A stretch of 64,000 nt of DNA, from contig CDLV01000004.1 in assembly GCA_001244265.2 (NCBI GenBank), forward strand, positions 2,108,001 to 2,172,000, in the 5' to 3' direction. The stretch comes from Microbotryum violaceum. Lineage: Eukaryota. Shown piece after piece: positions 60,190 through 64,000 of the stretch. The position numbers and the translations under genes are program-made. The notes beneath the pieces were generated by a model. It searched no databases and was not told the origin of the DNA. It saw only the letters and a list, made by a program, of their open reading frames with translations. Numbering within the stretch: position 1 is the stretch's first letter; each line of letters opens with the position of its first letter.

Positions 60190-60318
<129 letters not shown>

Positions 60319-62469
60319 CTAGGACCATAAGTCCCTCTGGACCGCAGACCCCACTAATTTCCCACAACACATTTCCACAATTCTGAAGAAACATACATAG
60401 ATGATGGTTTACCCCTTGGCGTTTCACGGGAAACCATCAACACCAACAACGTGACTGAACGAACCTTCAAGACCATCCAGCAAGAGCATCTCCACGGCCG
60501 AGCCAACAAGAGGTATTGCGTAGCACCGGACTCAAGGAGCGAATCTCGACGGAAGAGCTGACAATTCTGCTTGCGCTCTGCACCTGCTAGGATCGACAAT
60601 CTCGTTGTGGTCTTACCCGACAATGCTCTAGTTTATGACATTTGGAAGGACGTATCGAATGCAAAACCGGATCATGTTCTTCGAGATACACTGGCAAATT
60701 TGATGGACATCTGGGAGCTTGGACAGTTCCGCCCTAACGAAAAGGAGGGCCAGTGGGTGCTCAGTTTACGGTGAGGTTTTACGGGTACCAGTGCCTTGGC
60801 TACCAAGCACTTACTGACGCGAGAATGCTTCGGATTTCAAACTCAGATCCATGGATTCATCAATCACTCTCGATACTCGCGCGCCTTATTGTCCTTGTCG
60901 CGCATTCAAGCAAACAGGAAATAAATGCGCTCATCTTTGGGCGTGCGATCTGCTGGTTCACAATGGCGACTACCACACAGCGATGAGTGCGTCCGAAAGC
61001 TTTGATCACCCTCGTAGCGGCTTCACAAGCCTACAATCTGACAATTGGTGTGGGATTTCTCTTGCAGACCGCATCATGGCAGCAGCAGCAGCGGCAAAAG
61101 CAATGTCGGACATGCGGGACGGAACAAAATCAAGCAAGCTCCACGACGCCTCCATCGAAGCCTTGGTCGACAAAGTATTGGACTCTAAAATGCCATCGGC
61201 TTTGGTGGACGACAACGAGCCAGACGAGCCCTTGTCAGAGGACGAACTCGACGAACGCGACGAGGTGGATTCGGACGTCGAGGACGAGGACGAACACGCT
61301 GCCGATATAACCGATGTTGCTGAATTTCAGCCCAACTGCTCAACTGTCAAAGGTGAGCAATGTCTGAACGCCTTGCCGGAACGGAGACTTCCGTTCCAAT
61401 CTGGTCTTGTTCTGTCACACAGGCAGATCAGCCAGGAATCGGCCATTGCAACCCCATCGTAGCAAGAAGACAGCCAAACCGAAACTCTCAAAATCGAAGT
61501 CAAATTCAGGGGTCACGCTCGAGCACTCGGGGAGAGTCGATGGCAAAGCAACGGCAGCAATTAGACGTTTGATACGCGACAAGCTCAATCCTGATCAACT
61601 TCGTCCAAAAACTTCCAAACACACCATCTTTGAGAACGGAACCACTCAGTTTGGGAAGACCCGTGGACGCCCACGTGAGACGAAATTTTCCAACAGCTTA
61701 TCCTCGACCAAAGATCACGCGGCTGCCAAGCGAATGGCGGCCATTCCCGAGGTCATAGACATCGAAGAACTGAGCGACGACGAGAGGCCACCATGCCAGC
61801 TCGCGCCGTTACAAGAAGGACGTCTTCCACTCGACATCTAGGATACAGTTCAGCCGGAGGAGCGCCGAAGCAATGTTTCCGCCGTCAAGGACATTGTCAA
61901 GCGCATTCCCAACGAGGTTCAGAAGGTTGATTGGGACGTATTCCTCGACATTCACGCCGGCGACCACGCACCAGGCCTGAACTTGAGCTCCTTGTGCGAA
62001 ATGGCCAACGCCAATTTGTGGTTGAGGGCTTCGCACATCGATGCTTTCAGCAGCGCTATCAATCGGTTCCAAGGCCAATTGCCTTTCAATGGTCGGTCAA
62101 AAGAGGTTCGTGACCTTGAACCAACATGCTACGCATTCTATCTCCAAGGAGGAAAGTGCGCCAAGGGAATTGGAGGCACTCGACCAACCGAGCGGCCGCA
62201 GGGGGTGAGTTCGGATGGGAGTTCGCGAGCATATCTTTCTATCATTATTGACAGGAGGCCTGCCTCTTTGTTTGCGCTGCCCCTTTACCAGATTATCCTT
62301 TCTCGAACACCAGTTCTACTCTTCCCAACTCATGTCACCAATCATTGGATACTTGTCGAGGCACGCCTTTCGGATTGTACATTTCGGGTGTACGACTCTC
62401 TTTCTGGCAGGGAGAACATGCGCAAGGAGGCAAACGAAAGTCTCGATGTGAGTTCATCCCCATGACCAT

Positions 62470-63026
62470 TGTGGTACTCGGGATCCCGTCGCGTGCAGCA
62501 AAGTCGGAAATAAGACTCCTGATGTCGGAAATGAGATGGGACTCCTGATCGTTGTGGAACTTGGGATCCCGTCGCGTGCAGCAAAGTCGGAAATGAGATG
62601 GGACTCCTGATCTCGTCGGCTGAATCAAAGTACTCGGGTCACGCGGGCGACGGCTAATTCGGTGGTCTCGGGGATCGGGCTGGAGTCGCCTAGTCGGGAG
62701 GTGCAGATTCGGCTAACTCGGCCTAGCGCCACATGAGCGGATAAAAGTTCAGGACGAAGTATGGCGTGATCGGAGGGCCGAGTGTCGGAAAAGAGGAGGA
62801 AGCTGGCCCGGAGGGATTGGAGTGTCCTGGCGTCGGAGGGGAGTTCGCTTCTGTTCTTAGGGAGACGACTTCGAGGATCCAATTCAGCGTCTTAGCTGGT
62901 TCTCACTTTCTGTGTGTTTCAAGTCTCGTCTCTCGTCTCCAGTCTCAGCGTTTCGTTCTCGTACTCGGTCTCGTTTTCCCTTGTCATTTTCCTATCATCT
63001 TTGATCGACCGCCTTGCTATACCATA
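62470..63026 (+). repeat. Solo Gypsy LTR (TG...TA) with 4-bp TSD CCAT, in a MULE intron
   Basis: Inverted near-copy of 20440-20983, with CCAT at 62466-62469 and 63027-63030. Confidence 0.9.
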
Positions 63027-63753
63027 CCATCACAAAGCACTTTCAAAAACACTCAAACTCTGCGCAGCTGCTGACGTCATTCGCCCTTTCTGCCTGCCAG
63101 TCAACCATCACTTTCTTGGAAACTCGTGCAGAGGGACCGATAGAGCGCATCACTGGAGGCATCGATCGACCGACGGTCCCGTACAGAAATTGGAAGCGAT
63201 TGATTGTCAAAGCGGCGAAGGCCGGCGATCAGCCTCAACCGGATAGATATCCTCAACAGACTGATGGCAACGCGTGTGGGGCGTTCGTGTGCCGAGCGAT
63301 GGAAACCCTGGTATGCGCAGCAGTCGCCAAAATGGAACCCGATTGGAGCTGGGGCCCACAGGTTGAGCCGGGAAGATTTTATTCGGAGCTTCGAGACTAT
63401 ATGTTGGATGTCACCCTGCACTCTCGTCTACGATGCGACATGAGCTCGTCTTGGTTTTCGGGCTCGCCGGAGTCTCCAACCGTCTCGTGTGCTACTCGTG
63501 ATCCAGACAACACAATGGATAGCAGGAAGCCTCATGGCAATACACAGCCTGGAGATCACGTCGGTGAGTTCGAATAGGATATTGAAGCTCCTGCATGCTC
63601 TATTGTCCTAAGGAGCTCTGCTCTTCTCCTCCTCCTCATGTCCCTTGTTGTTTCGGAATGACTCACCCCTGATCTCATCACCCGGCCATTGTTTCGTGCG
63701 CAGGCTACAGCAGTGACGACGCGGAAGAAGTCTTACAACATCACAGTAAGTTT

Positions 63754-64000
63754 TGTTAGAAGTGGGGTCTGAGAGCCTAACTCATTGCTATTAGTCTTGG
63801 TTAATACTTTATTCTGCGCGCGCGCCTATCTTTGTCTTTGCGTCTTTTTTCCTTCTGGGTTCCTTCTCCACACTATTCTCATCATCTCACTCGTGTATCT
63901 CGGAGCTGAGTCGTGGAGTACCTCTTAGTCCTTGTTGCAACAGGTTATGAGCTCAACAGGCGAATCCGACTTCCCCAACGGGTTGGGCAATCGCTTGTAT
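63754..64000 (+). mobile_element. 5' LTR, PBS and gag start of a second Copia-1 copy (runs off window)
   Basis: LTR 63754-63942 is near-identical to 11237-11422 and is followed by GGTTATGAGCTC. Confidence 0.93.

Overview
Eukaryotic, intron-containing fungal DNA. Short GT-AG introns, gene content and TCG>TTG decay of repeats suggest a basidiomycete, plausibly Microbotryum-like; the taxon is inferred. Only four host genes are evident: the 3' end of a probable Tea1/Kel1-like coiled-coil gene, LTO1, a secreted GPI-type CE4 polysaccharide deacetylase and VPS36. Most of the rest is nested transposon DNA: four Helitron pieces, AcademH (RecQ helicase plus DUF6589-type transposase) remnants and a non-autonomous copy with a 9-bp TSD, a CACTA transposase fragment, three Copia families (four copies), two Gypsy families (one a chromovirus), a TA-flanked MITE, a Dada-type transposase with an embedded 3'-5' exonuclease, and a MULE-SWIM-Ulp1 transposase. 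The most notable item is a fully delimited 6.55-kb element (33349-39902, 36-bp TIRs, 7-bp TSD) encoding a Ulp1-like protease fused to a P-element-like transposase, with a related MITE nearby. A mitochondrial-type insert carrying tRNA-Arg(UCU) sits inside a Gypsy gag, flanked by a 70-bp duplication. All family assignments come from motifs read by eye; no searches were run.
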